In this document: in pieces, positions 36,165 to 49,600 of the stretch
Position numbering within the stretch: position 1 is the first letter of the stretch
Layout: every line of letters starts with the position of its first letter
Assembly: GCA_030390025.1 (NCBI GenBank)
Contig: CM059449.1
Coordinates: forward strand, 17,112,001 to 17,176,000
Direction: 5' to 3'
Length of the DNA: 64,000 bases
Source of the DNA: Squalus acanthias
Taxonomy: Eukaryota
The notes under the pieces: generated by a model
Database searches by the model: none
What the model was told of the DNA's origin: nothing
What the model saw: the letters and a program-made list of their open reading frames with translations, nothing else
Translations under genes and position numbers: made by a program

Positions 36165-39100
36165 CTTAATTAGATATTAAATACCCATAGCGATGTCCTC
36201 CCATCTATTTTTTTTCTTATTTATATGTGTATCTGGTTAAATCTTATTCCGATATCCCATAGTTGCTGATCACAGCACAAGATTGTGGATTTCACCCATT
36301 TTATATTCATGACCAGCTCGCCCGCAATTCAAAAAACATCAGGTTTGTGCGGACATTCTCATAGACGCGAGATTAACCATCTTAATATCTCAGCGCCGTG
36401 ATAGTGAATTATGTCCTGGTAATATAATCAATCTCGCAGTTAAGCAGGGCTCGCCACAGTGAAGCTAACACTTTCGAGGTTGCTTATTTTGAATTGAGGC
36501 ATTTAGGTGAAGAACCAATCGCCCATGGCGTAGGACAGCATCAAGGTTGGAAATAGTGGGAGGGAAGACGAGTTCAATCAAGAAGTGATGGATAGGAATA
36601 GGAAAAGAGAGAGAGAGAGAAATGGGTTCCAATCGTGCGTGTGTGTGAGAGAGAGAAAGAGAGACTGAGGAAGACAGAGAGAGCTAAACGTGAGAGACTG
36701 ATCAGCTCTCGGGTAACGAGGTCTACTGTATCTGGTCCAGGAGAGCACAATATCTGTTGCTCCCTGAAGTATATATTGCTCTAGTACTCTGCCTGATAGG
36801 GTGGTAGATACATAATCAATAGTAGCCTTCAAAAGGAAATTGGACAAATAATTGATGAAGAAAAAGATTGCAGGGATATGGGGAAAGAGAGAGGGGAGTG
36901 GGACTAACTGGATTGCTCTTCGAACGAGCCGGCGCAGACTCGATGGGCTGAATCGCCTCCATCTCTGCTGTACTATTCTATGATTGTATGATAATGGCCC
37001 GTATTTTCCGCTCGCAGGCCTCCCACGGGCGGAGGCCTGCGATCTGGAAAAATTTGCGCCCTTACCTGAGGGCTCCCAGGAGGCGCACAGTTGCGATGCT
37101 GGGCGTCTCCAAACTGCCGATGTGCAGGGCCCACGTATCCCAGAGGCGCAGGTAGGTCGCAGAGTACCTGGGATCACGTCCGCCATGGAGAGCCAATCAA
37201 AGAAGGGAATCTCCCTTCATACATTTGACAGAAAGACCTGTCAAATATATGAATGGAGATCACCCCCGTAAACTTTAAATAAATTTTTTAAAAATTCACA
37301 TTTTTAAAATGACTTGAAAGTACAATAAATTAATTATATTAAACAAAACTTTAACTTTTTCAAAAAAATAATTAAAGTTTTTTACAGGGCTAAAAATAAA
37401 CTTACCTTTTTTTAAAGTATTTTTAAATGATAAATCAGTGGATATTAAAAAAAAAAAATTTCAACTCTTATCCTGGTAAAAGCATGCCTTACCAGGCGCA
37501 AGAATTATAAGGGTTTTCTGCGGGCGGAAGGACTCCAAAAACTGAACTCCCCATTCGCAGAGGCCCTTCTCCGGGGCAGCTGGAGTGCAGACGAACAAAT
37601 CGGGTATGTAGCACAATGACTTGCGCTATTTTTGTTATTTTTAAACCTACTGACCTCTGCTTTACTTATCCAGGTAGATTATCATGAAAAAGTTATCTCA
37701 GTTGTATGTAAAAATCTAAAGATGAAACGTGGTTGGACGGCCTCAACTTTTCTTCTTGAAGATGTGGGGTAGATTCTCAACTTGCCACACAGGTGTAAAG
37801 CACAGGTGCAGCCCATCCCAAACGCCAGTTTTACGCACAGGCGCGGCAAGTTGAAAATCGAAATTCAATAGAGCCGGGACTAAAATATCAGTTATAATTC
37901 AACAGAAAGCAAACCAAGAAAGGCATGAAATGAAACCTGACAGTCCCAGAATTCAAACACCTGCACACACAGAAAGACACACTCACACGGACTCTCGCAA
38001 ATACATATAGCCACACACAAATAAGCAGGTGCATGCACAAACATATATTGGGAATGGAAGCAGAGTGGTTATGTTACTGGACTAGTAATCCATCTAGACC
38101 TGGACTTATGATCCGTGCGACGTGAATTCAAACCCCACCACAGCAACTAGAGCAATGTAAATTTAATTATATAAATCTGGAATAAAAACCTAGCATCAGT
38201 AATGGTAACATGAAACTATCGGATTGTCGTAAATACCCATCTAGTTCACTAATATCCCTTAGGGAGGAAATCTGCCGTCCTTTCCTGGTCTGGCCTATAT
38301 GTGACTCCAGAACGATAGCAATGTGGTTGACTCTTACCTGTCCTCTAAAATGGCCACTCAGTTGTAAAAAGCCGCTACGAAAAACAATGTGGGAGTGCCT
38401 TGACTGCAGCGGTTCAAAAAGGCGGCTCTCCACCACCTTCTCAAGGGCAACTAGGGATGGGCAATAAATGCCGGCCTTGCCAGCGACGCCCACATCCCAT
38501 GAACGAATAAAAAAGCAGGGAGATACACAGGAACATTAAAATAGACCCCAAGATAGGGGCACCCAGGCAAACAAACGCACACATGCAAAAATACACCTAC
38601 TTTGATAAGTCGAGATAAGGAGGAAATCTGAAGCCGTAAAAGAAAATGCTGGATATGCAAAGTAGGTCAGTCAGCACCTGGAGGAGAAAACACAGGGTAA
38701 CCGGTGGGCTGAGACTTTGCCTTCGAACGGAAAGTGCTCCTGAACAGTTGTTCCCAAATGTTAATGTGACTTTCCCAGATGCTGACTGACCCACTGCTCC
38801 TGAATTCATTAAGTGTGAATTGTTCTAAATGCATGAATTTTAACATTATAATGTTGTGTTTATTAGGTCGACTGACCCGTTGCTCCTGAATTCACTAAGT
38901 GTGGCTTGTGAATCGCTTCTAATGCATGGATTTTAACAATACTCGTAACGATGTGTTAATTAGGTTGACTATTTCCCTTGCTTGTTACTTAAATCGTGCA
39001 ATCTTTGACACGCTGAAATATATTCAAAAGGACAGGAATATTTAGGATGGCGCGATCTATCCTATTTAATGAAACAATATTTGATAGGTGGAGTCATATT

Positions 39101-40399
39101 CTAATTATATGTAGAATGTTTACTGATTTGAATAATATTCCATTGAAACTGCACAACATCTGGTGCGCTGGGTTTGAGGCCCTACGCTATATTCAGTTTA
39201 CAATATTTTATTCAACACTGAAACACTTTCATCTCAATAGAGAGAGGGAGATGAGAAGTTGCAAACGTCACGCTAAATCTTCAAGAGAGCAATCAAACTG
39301 AGCGCCCTGTGAAGCGAGCAGCGGTGCTGTACGCTTCGGTGAAGTAAGCGGAGTCGATACATTCCACCCCAATGATGAGACGCGCCCCCCCCCTCCCCCC
39401 CCCCCACCCCGCCACCGATGGACAAGTAGTGGAATTTCCGCAGAGTTGTCCCGATCTCCCGCCGTAACTTGGGCGGAAGCTCGGGGGTTCTGTGGGATCT
39501 TCAACGGCGGATGATTGGTGAACTCTCCATGAGAATTTCCAGGCGAATGTTTTGTCCTCTAACTTAGTGAGTGAGGTTTATCCACACATAATTCAGTAAC
39601 AAGGGCTTGGAATCTCCAATACTTTAACATTAGTCTCTTTAGTGTTAGTTGTGAACATTTAACACATTTTTATGAAATGTATTAGTCCCCTATTTTTAGG
39701 GGAGTGTTATCCTCGAAAATAAACAGATTTATGCCACTATTAAAATGAAAACCAACATGTTGAGCATTCATACACGTTACTGTTCACTCAGCCTTGTCTC
39801 ATCACATAACTCCTTACATTTCATCATAATCCTATAGAGTTTTTGATATTTTCGTAATAAAAGTTCTTCTCAGTTGACCCATGTCAGGTTGTATGTTGAT
39901 TTTCCGTTGTACCTTCTTTAAAATTAATGTTTTATGTTGAACTCAAGGGGGGCGGGCGAAATGACTTCTGCGGGTTCTCCCGCTCTCCTGTGGTAATGTC
40001 GGCGGAAGATCGGCGGAACTCAGAAGAAGCGCGTAATAGCTAAAGCGGTGTTCTGCCGAACTTCCAGCGTACTCATCGCACGAGATCGGCAGAACCACCT
40101 CCCCCAGAAGTGAATACTTGGAAGGACGTAGAATAGAATCATAGAAAGTTACAGCACAGAAGGAGGCCATTTCGGCCCATCGTGTCCGCGCCGGCCAACA
40201 AAGAGCTGTCCAGCCTAATCCCACTTCCCAGCTCTTGGTCTGTAGCCCTGCAGTATAGAGTATCCCAAGTGCACATCTAAGTACTTTTTAAATGTGGTTA
40301 GGGTTCCTGCCTCTACCACCCTTTCAGGCAGTGAGTTCTAGAGCCCGACAACCCTCTGAGTGAAGAAATTTCCCCTGCACGTCTCAAAGCTCGGCACAC
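36165..40399 (-). repeat. Inverted duplicate of blocks B and A joined across a truncated MITE (36995-37580)
   Basis: B' 36165-36985 and A' 37583-40399; extra CR1 insertion at 40130-40378. Confidence 0.88.
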
Positions 40400-40819
40400 A
40401 TAACTACTTTCCGACAGATGCGGGTATATTTTTTGTCTTCACTGTCTAGCCGTCCAGCATCGCCGGGGCACGTCATGCAGGAAAATCACATGGGAAGGTT
40501 CCAACGCTGGAATTTCCTTCCATTGATTTTGATAAAAGGAGAATCCAGCGCCTTCCGTTACTGCAGTCCCAAGTTCCCAGCCAAACGTTCCCTTTTGCTC
40601 CTCCGAGGCTTAACTCCCAGACTCCCTCAGTGTTGCACTGGAAATCCGCCTACTTTACGTGCTCAACTCCTGGAGTGGGGCTTGAGCCGCAAACTTCTAC
40701 CCCAGAATTAAGGGTTTTACCGATTAGTTGAGATTTCCACTTATGTGACAATCAATGGTGAACATTTGTGCTGTGGAACGACATTCATTAGGAACTGGGA
40801 ATAGACTGTTGGACTTTAT

Positions 40820-41445
40820 TACAAGAAGATTTGTGTATACGAATAAAGATATCTTACTGCAATTATATAGGGCCCTGGTGAGACCACACCTGGGGTATTG
40901 TGTACAGTTTGGTCTCCTTAGCTAAGGAAGGATATACTTGCCATAGAGGGAGTGCAACGAAGGTTCACCAGACTGGTTCCTGGGATGGAGGTGGGGGCTG
41001 TCCTGTGAGGAGAGATTGAGTAGACTAGGCCTATATTCTCTCGAGTTTAAGAGAATGAGAGGTGATCTCATTGATACATACAACATTCTTACAGGGCATT
41101 GACAGGTTAGATGCAGGGAGGATGTTTCCCCTGGCTGGGAAGTCTAGAACCAGGGGTCACAGTCTCAGAATAAGGGGTCGGCCATTTAGGACTGAGATGA
41201 GGAGAGATTTCTTCACTCAGTTGATGGAGAATCTTTGGAATTCACTACCCCAGAGGGCTGTGGAGGCTCCGTTGTTGAGTATATTCAAGACAGAGATCGA
41301 TAGATGTTTGAATATTAAGGGAGTCAAGGGATATGTGTCAGTGTAGGAAAGTGGAGATGAGGTGCAAGATCACCAATGATCTTATTGAATGGCAGAGCAG
41401 GCTCGAAGAGCCAGATGGCCTACTCCTGCTACTAATTCATATTAT
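40820..41445 (+). mobile_element. CR1 3' fragment
   Basis: RMFPLAGKSRTRGHSLRIRGRPFRTEMRR...LWNSLPQ. Confidence 0.85.
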
Positions 41446-43059
41446 GTTCAGCATTTTTAAGGGGGCCCTCACAGCCAGTAGAAAGAGCTGTCTTTCATCT
41501 GTGACTGGTTTTAGCCCTGGTCCAAGGACATGAGAGCGGATTTCAACTTTTTATTCCAATGGCTGCACTTGCTCTCATTGACCCTGTCCTGCACAACGCC
41601 TGCCAGGAACTGAGTTGGACACCTGGACATCAACACCTCCATCATTCCATTAATTCCTCCCATTCAATGATACAGCACAGAAGGAGGGCGTTCGGCCCAT
41701 CGTGCATGTGCCTATCTGTATATGTGAATAACTTAATGAATGGGATACTATTAGCTGCACAATCTGAGTGCAGATGTAGGTGCACATCACAGATCAGAAG
41801 CAGTACCATCAGGCACATTAAGTTCACTTTAGGCCTGGATATTGCTGTTGGTGGTATTCGTGTGTATTTATAGTCCCACATTCCCCGTTCCACCAGTTTC
41901 ATCCGCCCCGCAAACTTCCGCTCAGAGGCTGACTGGCTAATGGGGGATTGGGGGATTTTACCGAGCGCTCCCCACCCCCAGCACCCCCCCGCCCCCCAAA
42001 CAAATCCTTCCCCAAACCTCGACTGATGAATTTGCAGCACTCTAACTATCTAAAACCGGTCTTTCCCGGGGCGCTGCGGCCTTTTCCAGGCTGCTCCCCC
42101 TTCTTGTCACGTGCTGTTGAGTTCCACACACAACCTCCCCTGGTACTCGCTGCTCCTCCAATCACACCCTCACTTTTTCCCGCTCTCTCTCACTCTCTCT
42201 CTCTCCGGCCACTCTCGCTTTTCCCACCTTTGGCTCATATCCCTTAATACCTTTAGTTAACAGACATCTATCAAACGCAGATTTAAAATTAACTGTTGAT
42301 CTTGCATCAATTGCCGTTTGTGGAAGAGAGTTCCAAAGGTGTACCACACTTTGTGTGTAGAAGTGTTTCCTAATTTCAATCTTGAAAGGTCTGGCTCTAA
42401 TTTTTAGACTCTGACCCCTAGTCCTAGAATCCCCTACAGGACGCACTGGGGTGCACGAAAGTTGTTGCTGACAAGCTGAGGATGGGACTTCTACTGATCC
42501 CAGCAAGTAAAGACCAATTTGGATTAAACACGAGAAATAAAGCGTTCGCTTTAATCGGGGGCAAAAATTCAAGAGCCCTTTCATACATGGTGTAGATACG
42601 TCACATTATATTTGAAAGTCTCGCATAAAAGGACCAATAAAAAAGCACATCGTAAGCATCCATGCATTTTGAATAGATCGTGTACAGCATTCAGTTAAAG
42701 GCATTGCAAGCAAGTATGGAGGTTAGTCCATGGCGAGCACTATTGGATTAAAGACAGCAAAACCTTTCATAATGCTTCGCAAAATAAACAAAAGCAGTCC
42801 CAGAAGACATTTATAATAGCATCAAAATATCACGTTGAAGTAATACGTTATCAGAATGTCGCTTTTGTAAAGTCAGTTGATTTCTACCACATAAGCAGCC
42901 AAGGACATGTTCTCGAGACTTGGACAATTGTAATTTACCAACAGATAGTTCATCCTTAGGCAGTGGAAGTGGATCTTCTTTAGAGTCAAAGGATGAGTAA
43001 TCAAGACTCCTGACCAGCACAAGACTGCTGTTACAATGAAATTTAAAGGATTCAACTAC

Positions 43060-43388
43060 AGCAACTTATATGTATATAGCGCCTTTAACGTAGTAAAACG
43101 TCCCATGGTGCTTCACTGGGGTATTATAAGACAAAAACATAATGGACACCGAGCCATATAGGGAGAAATTAGGGCAGATGACCAAAAGCTTGGTCAAAGA
43201 GGTAGGTTTTAAGGAGCGTCTTAAAGGAGGAAAGAGAGGTAGCGAGGCATGAGTTTTAGGCAGGGAATTCCAGAGCATAGGGCCTAGGCATCAGAAGGCA
43301 CGGCCGCCAATGCTTGAGTGATTATAATCAGGGATGCTCAAGAGGGCAGAATTAGAGGAGCGCAGCTATCTCGGGGGGTTGTGGGGCT
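43060..43388 (-). mobile_element. L2-type 3' fragment interrupted by the ERV LTR
   Basis: Reverse complement of ~3215-3520; similarity stops where TGTAGG (LTR start) begins. Confidence 0.75.
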
Positions 43389-44194
43389 TGTAGGATAGGG
43401 TGTATTTGTATGATTTAGTAAAACATTTTTGTATCACTATAACATGTGAAATTGTATGTTAAAAGCCTAAAAGCCTGTATAAAATGGCCAATGGCTGAGT
43501 GAAAAGCAGGATGGGGAAATTGTGCCAACCTGACTGAAGCTCGCTCTGTTTTCAATTACTGAAGTAATGGAATGCAATATTAAGTTTATGGAGACTGTCA
43601 GGGAGGTGGCATTCAGTAATGTGATAGAAAAGAGATACGAGTTGGAGAGGAGAGAGAGATAAGAGAAGCACCCCTCAGTGATACGACTATAAAATGGACA
43701 GATTGTTTAGACAACATCTTGGGAAATGGTCTTTGGAAAGAGAATATCTAAAGATAAAAGAGCCCTTTGATATGCACAAAGCGAGATCTAGTGGGATCAA
43801 CAAGTTCCTAAAACAATTACCAGGTGTCGGATAGCTGTTTGCAGTCACGTAGGAAGAGGGAAAAAGGTGTATAAAGATACAGATTTTGAACACTGAAGGC
43901 AGCGCGAACCAGAGTTAAAGAAGCTTCGATCGACAGAACACAGCAAGAAACCAGAGAAGCGAGCTTCAGTCGAGAGAAAGCAGCAAGAGGATAAAGAGAG
44001 CGCGCCACAGTCGCTCGGAAGGAACGCCGAGGCTCAAATGAACAAGACTGTGACTATCTCCTTGTTAAGTATGACTTCTTTGTACTGGATGTTTAATGCT
44101 TAATAAACCTGTTTTACTGATACACAATATACCTGTACCCAGAGTGGTCTGTGTGGTCATGGACAAATTATTATAAGAGCTTTTGGAAGCTGCA
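43389..44194 (+). promoter_or_regulatory. 5' LTR (~806 bp)
   Basis: Termini TGTAG...CTGCA; candidate TATAAA 43870-43875; AATAAA 44102-44107; ends 3 nt before the PBS. No second LTR is available to confirm the limits. Confidence 0.7.
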
Positions 44195-44197
44195 ATT

Positions 44198-44215
44198 TGG
44201 CGCCCAACGTGAGTC
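44198..44215 (+). promoter_or_regulatory. Primer-binding site, tRNA-Lys1,2 (CUU)
   Basis: TGGCGCCCAACGTGAGTC vs tRNA-Lys1,2 complement TGGCGCCCAACGTGGGGC (16/18). Confidence 0.9.
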
Positions 44216-44354
44216 TGTGACTATTAACTGAAACCAGCTCTATTGTGCATAAAACAGGCGTTTGGATTTTCGCTTGGATTTTCGTCTGATCAACGAGGAT
44301 CCTCGTGGAAAGTTAGGTTTTCTAAGAGATAGTGTCTCTTTAACGTACAAAAGA

Positions 44355-46634
44355 ATGTCGAGTGAGAATTTGCTTGTAGATTATAAAGCGAAGTTAATGA
44401 AGAAGTGCGATGAGGCACAGTTACAGATGTTAGTAGAATGTCTAACAAAACATGTGAAAGTACTTTTCGAGGACGTTGTGGCGTTCATTGAAAGACAAGT
44501 TAAGGAAAAGAAATGTAAGCCGGATAGGGCAGCGCAGCTAATGGCCTATGCCGCAGTGTATTGTGTAGAACAAGATAAAGAAACCTTCCTAGAGATGGAA
44601 GGTGAACAGGATAAATTAGAAAAAGACAAACTACGGCTTATAGAAGAGAATCTAACGTTACAGGGTGAGAAATTAAAATTGGAAAAAGAAGCTGTAGAAT
44701 TAAACAATAAACAAGAAGTCATTCAAGGACAAATCGGTGCTGCAACAGAAATAATACAACAGCAGATTATTAATGCAGTTCATGCCGGCGCTGCAATACT
44801 ATATCTTGAGGAGGCAAAAAGCCAAATAGACTTCTTAACAAAAGTTAATGACCGTCTGATCAGCCAATTAAATGATTCAGAGGGGCCCTCAGAGAGGCTC
44901 TTCAGCGCCCCCACAGGGAGTTAGAACACAAGCATTGTCAGAATACTATACAACAGTTAGAAAATCAGTTGGCTAAACAGTGGGCTGTAATAGCGGCAGT
45001 CACGGGAGTAGACCCCCCACGAGTTATGATAAACAATGCGAGGGGTTAAGCGAGGAGCTATATTCTCCCTTGATATTTCCTTCCCGTGAGATCCCCATCT
45101 CATATGCCACCATCGACCTGGCTGAAAGACCACCAGCCTGTGCAAATAAAAATATAATCGAAACCTCAGCGGACGAACTTGCGGCCGTTAGAGCTCCGGT
45201 TAATGTCCTGACTCGTATCCAAGTGATTCCTAACGCACCACCAGCACCAGTAGCTGACGGTGACCCGGGACAGGCAGCACAACCAGTGGCACCGCCAGGG
45301 ATACTGTGGGCAGGTACTTATGAAAGGTCCCAGCCCCTAAACTGTGCAGAACTACAGGCATGTGTCCAACAATTCGGACCAGCTAACCCACAAACATGCC
45401 CTATAGAGCTAAGGCAACGTATAGTGGCATTCCGGAATTACCATCCGGAATTACCATCCGGAATTACCAAGTTCCCGATGTTCCCGATGGTCGGGGAGTC
45501 CAGAACCAGGGGTCACAGTCTAAGGATAAGGGGTAAGCCATTTAGGACAGAAATGAGGAGGAATTTCTTCACCCAGAGAGTGGTGAACCTGTGGAATTCT
45601 CTGCCACAGAAGGCAGTAGAGGCCAATTCATAAAATAGATTCAAGAAGGAGTTGGATATATTTCTTAAGGCTAAAGGGATCAAGGGATATGGGGAGAAAG
45701 CAAGGACAGGGTACTGAATTTGGATGATTAGCCATGATCGCATTGAATGGTGGAGCAGGCTAGAGGTGCCTAATGGCCTACTCCTGCTCCTATCTTCTAT
45801 GATTCTATCCTAATTTTGAGGACAATGATATGAAGAATGTTGTACTGTCTGCTCTGACTCCGGACATATGGACTAGTCTCCCCTTTTTGGCCTTTAATGT
45901 GGGGAACACCCTGAATGACTTAGTCACATATATACAAACACCTTTAGGCTTGGATACTATTGATTTGGTCCTGAAATTAAACCAAACCCAACAAGGGCCT
46001 CATGAGACCCCTGCTGCTTTCGGAGATCGGTTGTACACTATTTATGAAATGACGCAAGCACGCCCTGATGCTGATGCATTGAACGGGAAGGATGAAGCGG
46101 CATTTAAGAAAATATATTTAAAGAATATTCAGACCTCACTGCGAGCAGCTTTAGGGCACATGGTCAGCCACAACTTGCAATGGACAGCCCTTTTAAGAGA
46201 CGCTACTTCTGCATGGGCCTATGCTAAAAATTCAGGTCGAGGCATCAACAACAGAAACGTCAGTAAGTGTAGTTGAGGGACCCCAGGCTTCTCTAGTATC
46301 AACCCCCCGTAGACAATCGTTCATGTGTTACAATTGCGGTAAGATGGGACACTTTGCGAAAGATTGCCGAAGTCCTAGTCAAACAGGCTCGGGAGGTGGG
46401 AGAAATAACAATAATTACCCGAGATATGGTCCGTCCCGTTCACCTCCTCTAGTGGATAGCAGGTTGGACGCTATGGACTCACGTATTGAAAGAATGTCAT
46501 GTATGATGCAAACACTTACAGGAACCCAGATGTCGGGGAGTCCTGTGGCACCAACTATGAGTTCGAATCCTACTCCCGCTATGAGCTCATTATTCCCGCC
46601 CCCACCACTGCAACAACCCAATGGCCCACAATGA
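44355..46634 (+). pseudogene. gag: Gag (N-terminal coiled coil, capsid-like region, CCHC zinc knuckle); frameshifted, with a CR1 insertion
   Basis: Heptad-rich N-terminus, MHR-like QQGPHETPAAFGDRL, CYNCGKMGHFAKDC, Pro-rich C-terminus. Confidence 0.85.
45445..45808 (+). mobile_element. CR1 3' fragment inserted in gag
   Basis: MFPMVGESRTRGHSLRIRG..; removing these 364 bp restores gag as ...AFRNYH|PNFEDNDMKNVV. Confidence 0.9.
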
Positions 46635-49600
46635 CGGGATCCGGCCCCACTGGCCTGGTCTGAAGTGGGGTTCAGACGAGACGGCCATGGTCGTCCAGTT
46701 GTCTCAGCTTTTTTGCCTGGGGGCCGACAGCAGACTATGCTAGTAGACACTGGGTCATCTGTTACAATCCTGCATTCCCCAGACCCGGAACGCCAACTGG
46801 ATATAGGCAAAAGTAGCTTTGTCATAACGGGAGTCACCGGGGCACAAGCACCCGTATATCCAGGGGAGGAACTTAATATTTCCCTCGAGGAATTCCCCGT
46901 AAAAATTACCGATCCATTGTACATGTGTATGACAAACAGAATGGGGATACTTGGGAATGATACCCTAAGGGGAATGACAGCTATTATAGATTACAATCAG
47001 AATTGTTTATGGGTTGAGTCTAAACCGGGAGATGTAGTTCAAATCTCAGATGCCCACTCGGTGTTTGCTATAAAGAAGCCTGAGCAGATAGCACTGTTGG
47101 CACATTCTATGCCTGCTGTTAACTCCTTAGTGACCAAACATGCAGCAGCCTTTGCTAAATTTATACACGACTGTGGAAGGATGGAAAGGGAGACGCGAAT
47201 TAATGGGCCACCCCATCGCGCATGTAAACAATATCCGATTCCCCGAGAAAGTATTCTGTATTCGCGAACAGTCATTGCCTCATTGGAAGAACAGGGAGTA
47301 CTGCGCATGTGTCTTTTACTACCAATTCCCCTGCATGGCCAGTTAGGAAACCGGATGAATCTTGGAGGCTTACTATTGATTACCATGCCTTAAATAAAGC
47401 TTCCCCACGTCAAAGCCCGACTGTTATTCAAGCCCCTTCGCTACTGACATCCATACCCCCCAAGGCCACTGTTTTCTCCAGCTTAGACATAGCGAATGGT
47501 TTTTGGAGTATTCCAGTTGCTCAGGAGGACCAGTACAAATTTGCTTTCACTTTTGAAGGGCAGGTCTACACATTTACGTGTCTACCGCAAGGGTTTCATA
47601 ACTCGCCATCGACATGACACGAGCAGTTAAAGACTTTTCTAAACCTTCAGCCCTTCTGCCGGATGTTGATGATCTACTTTTGGCTACTGAAACAATGGAA
47701 GAACACCTAGAACTCCTAGATGAGCTGATAGGACTAGTACAAAAGGCAGGGCTGAAAATAAATCCAAAAAAGGTTCAGCTGGCAAAAGATGAGGTTACCT
47801 TTCTGGGAGTAAAAATTTCAGCGACTGGCCTTAGTCCGGACCACAAGAAGATAGAGACTATTCAGCGACTCCCATTACCAGTTTCAAAGACTGCATTGCG
47901 ATCCTTTTTAGGTTTGGTCAGATACCAGCGAAATTTTATTCCGAACTTTGCAGACTTGGCTAAACCTTTTTATGATATTTTAAAGGGAGATACGGAAGAG
48001 ATACAACCCGTATGGGAAGACTACCATACTGCTGCGGTTAGTGCTTTGAAACAAGCCACGATACAGGCAACTGCTCTCATCTCCCCGGATCACGGTCAGC
48101 CATTTCACCTTGAAGTAGGCTCCACCCCTACCAGCCTAACTGCCGTTTTGAGTCAGAAACAGGCAATCAGCGAGACACTACACCCTATCGCATATGCCTC
48201 ACGTATACTACGAGGGGTGGAAAGTACATTCTCAGCGTGTGAACGTCATCTGTTGGCCACATTTTGGGCAGTCAATCATTTCACCTACATTACCGGACTG
48301 CAGAAGGTCATTTTGCATTCACCACGCACGCCCCTTAATCTGCTGTTAAAACCAAGTGAGACGAAGGTATCCTCTCAGCGAATAAGTAAATGGACACTCG
48401 AATTGTTACAGCGTGATTTAGACATTATGCCTAAACGAACCACGCTGTTACCACTTATGCTCGCCTATGAGGGAAGCCCACACCAGAACCAAATCCAGTA
48501 AATGCTCACGCCATACCCGGAGCTCGAAATATGTACGTTGACGGGTCATCATACTATGTAGTTGGCCATCCTAGAACTGGATGTGCCCTTATTGATATCG
48601 ACGCTCATGGTTGGTCGGAGGGATTTCAAGTTCCCGTCCACTCCTCACTACAGGCAGAACTGATTGCTGTAATTCTAGCCGTACCTTACACGACTATGGA
48701 TGAAAGAAATATCTGGTCCGACAGCAGTTACGTTTGTAAAACAGTTATGGCTCTTCCCCTCTATAATACAAATGAGTTTTGCTCATCAGATGGTAAATCT
48801 TTATTACATTCTGGTCTCCTCCGTAAGCTATGGAAAGTGCTCCAGGAACGAGTCGCCCCTTGTCACGTGAGTAAGGAAGCAGCCCATCAGAAAGATTCAT
48901 CCCCCCATTCCCGAGGTAACCAAATGGCCGATCGCTTTGCTAAGGAGGCGGCCGAGAACGGAAAGTTACTACCTTGGTGGGTGATGAATGATACTCAGAC
49001 ACCCGTAGTGGGGACGGTGACTAAGACTAAAACCATTGATCTTCTGACCCTACAGGATTCATATGCTCCTTATGCACAGGTAATAGCCTGGCATCAACAG
49101 GGATGCCCGCTACCAGCACCTAGCCTATGGGCAGACTCCACTGTAATGCAACAAGGTGTAGATAAAAACCCTTCCCTACTAAATGATCAGGAATAAAGAG
49201 GGAGACCTAGTAGTTTGTATTCCTCCTCAGTTAAAGGAAGACATTCTAGCTCTCTTTCATTCTCACCCGACGGCGGGACATTACTCAGCGGCCTCTACAC
49301 TACAAAAGTTATTACCTGTTTGCTGCTGGCCTGGAATGGAACAGTATGTGGAGCAATATGTTAATCGTTGCCTGCCATGCCTACAGACAAACCCCCCTTT
49401 ATGTTCAAATCGCGCTTTACTTAGGTCACAGCCCCCTCCTGAGGGACCATGGACACACTTACAGATTGACTTTATTGGTCCACTAACAAAATCCAAGGAA
49501 AACTATGAGTACGCACTTGTGGTAATCGATCAGTTCACTAAATGGATAGAGGCTTTTCCCACGAGAAATAACACAGCATGGACCGCAGCTCGAATTCTCC

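Noticed and set aside
44198-44215. Calling the ERV a foamy virus from its PBS
   Set aside because: The CCHC knuckle, in-frame gag-pol junction and short cleavable Env signal peptide are not foamy features; accessory genes cannot be assessed because the 3' end is missing.
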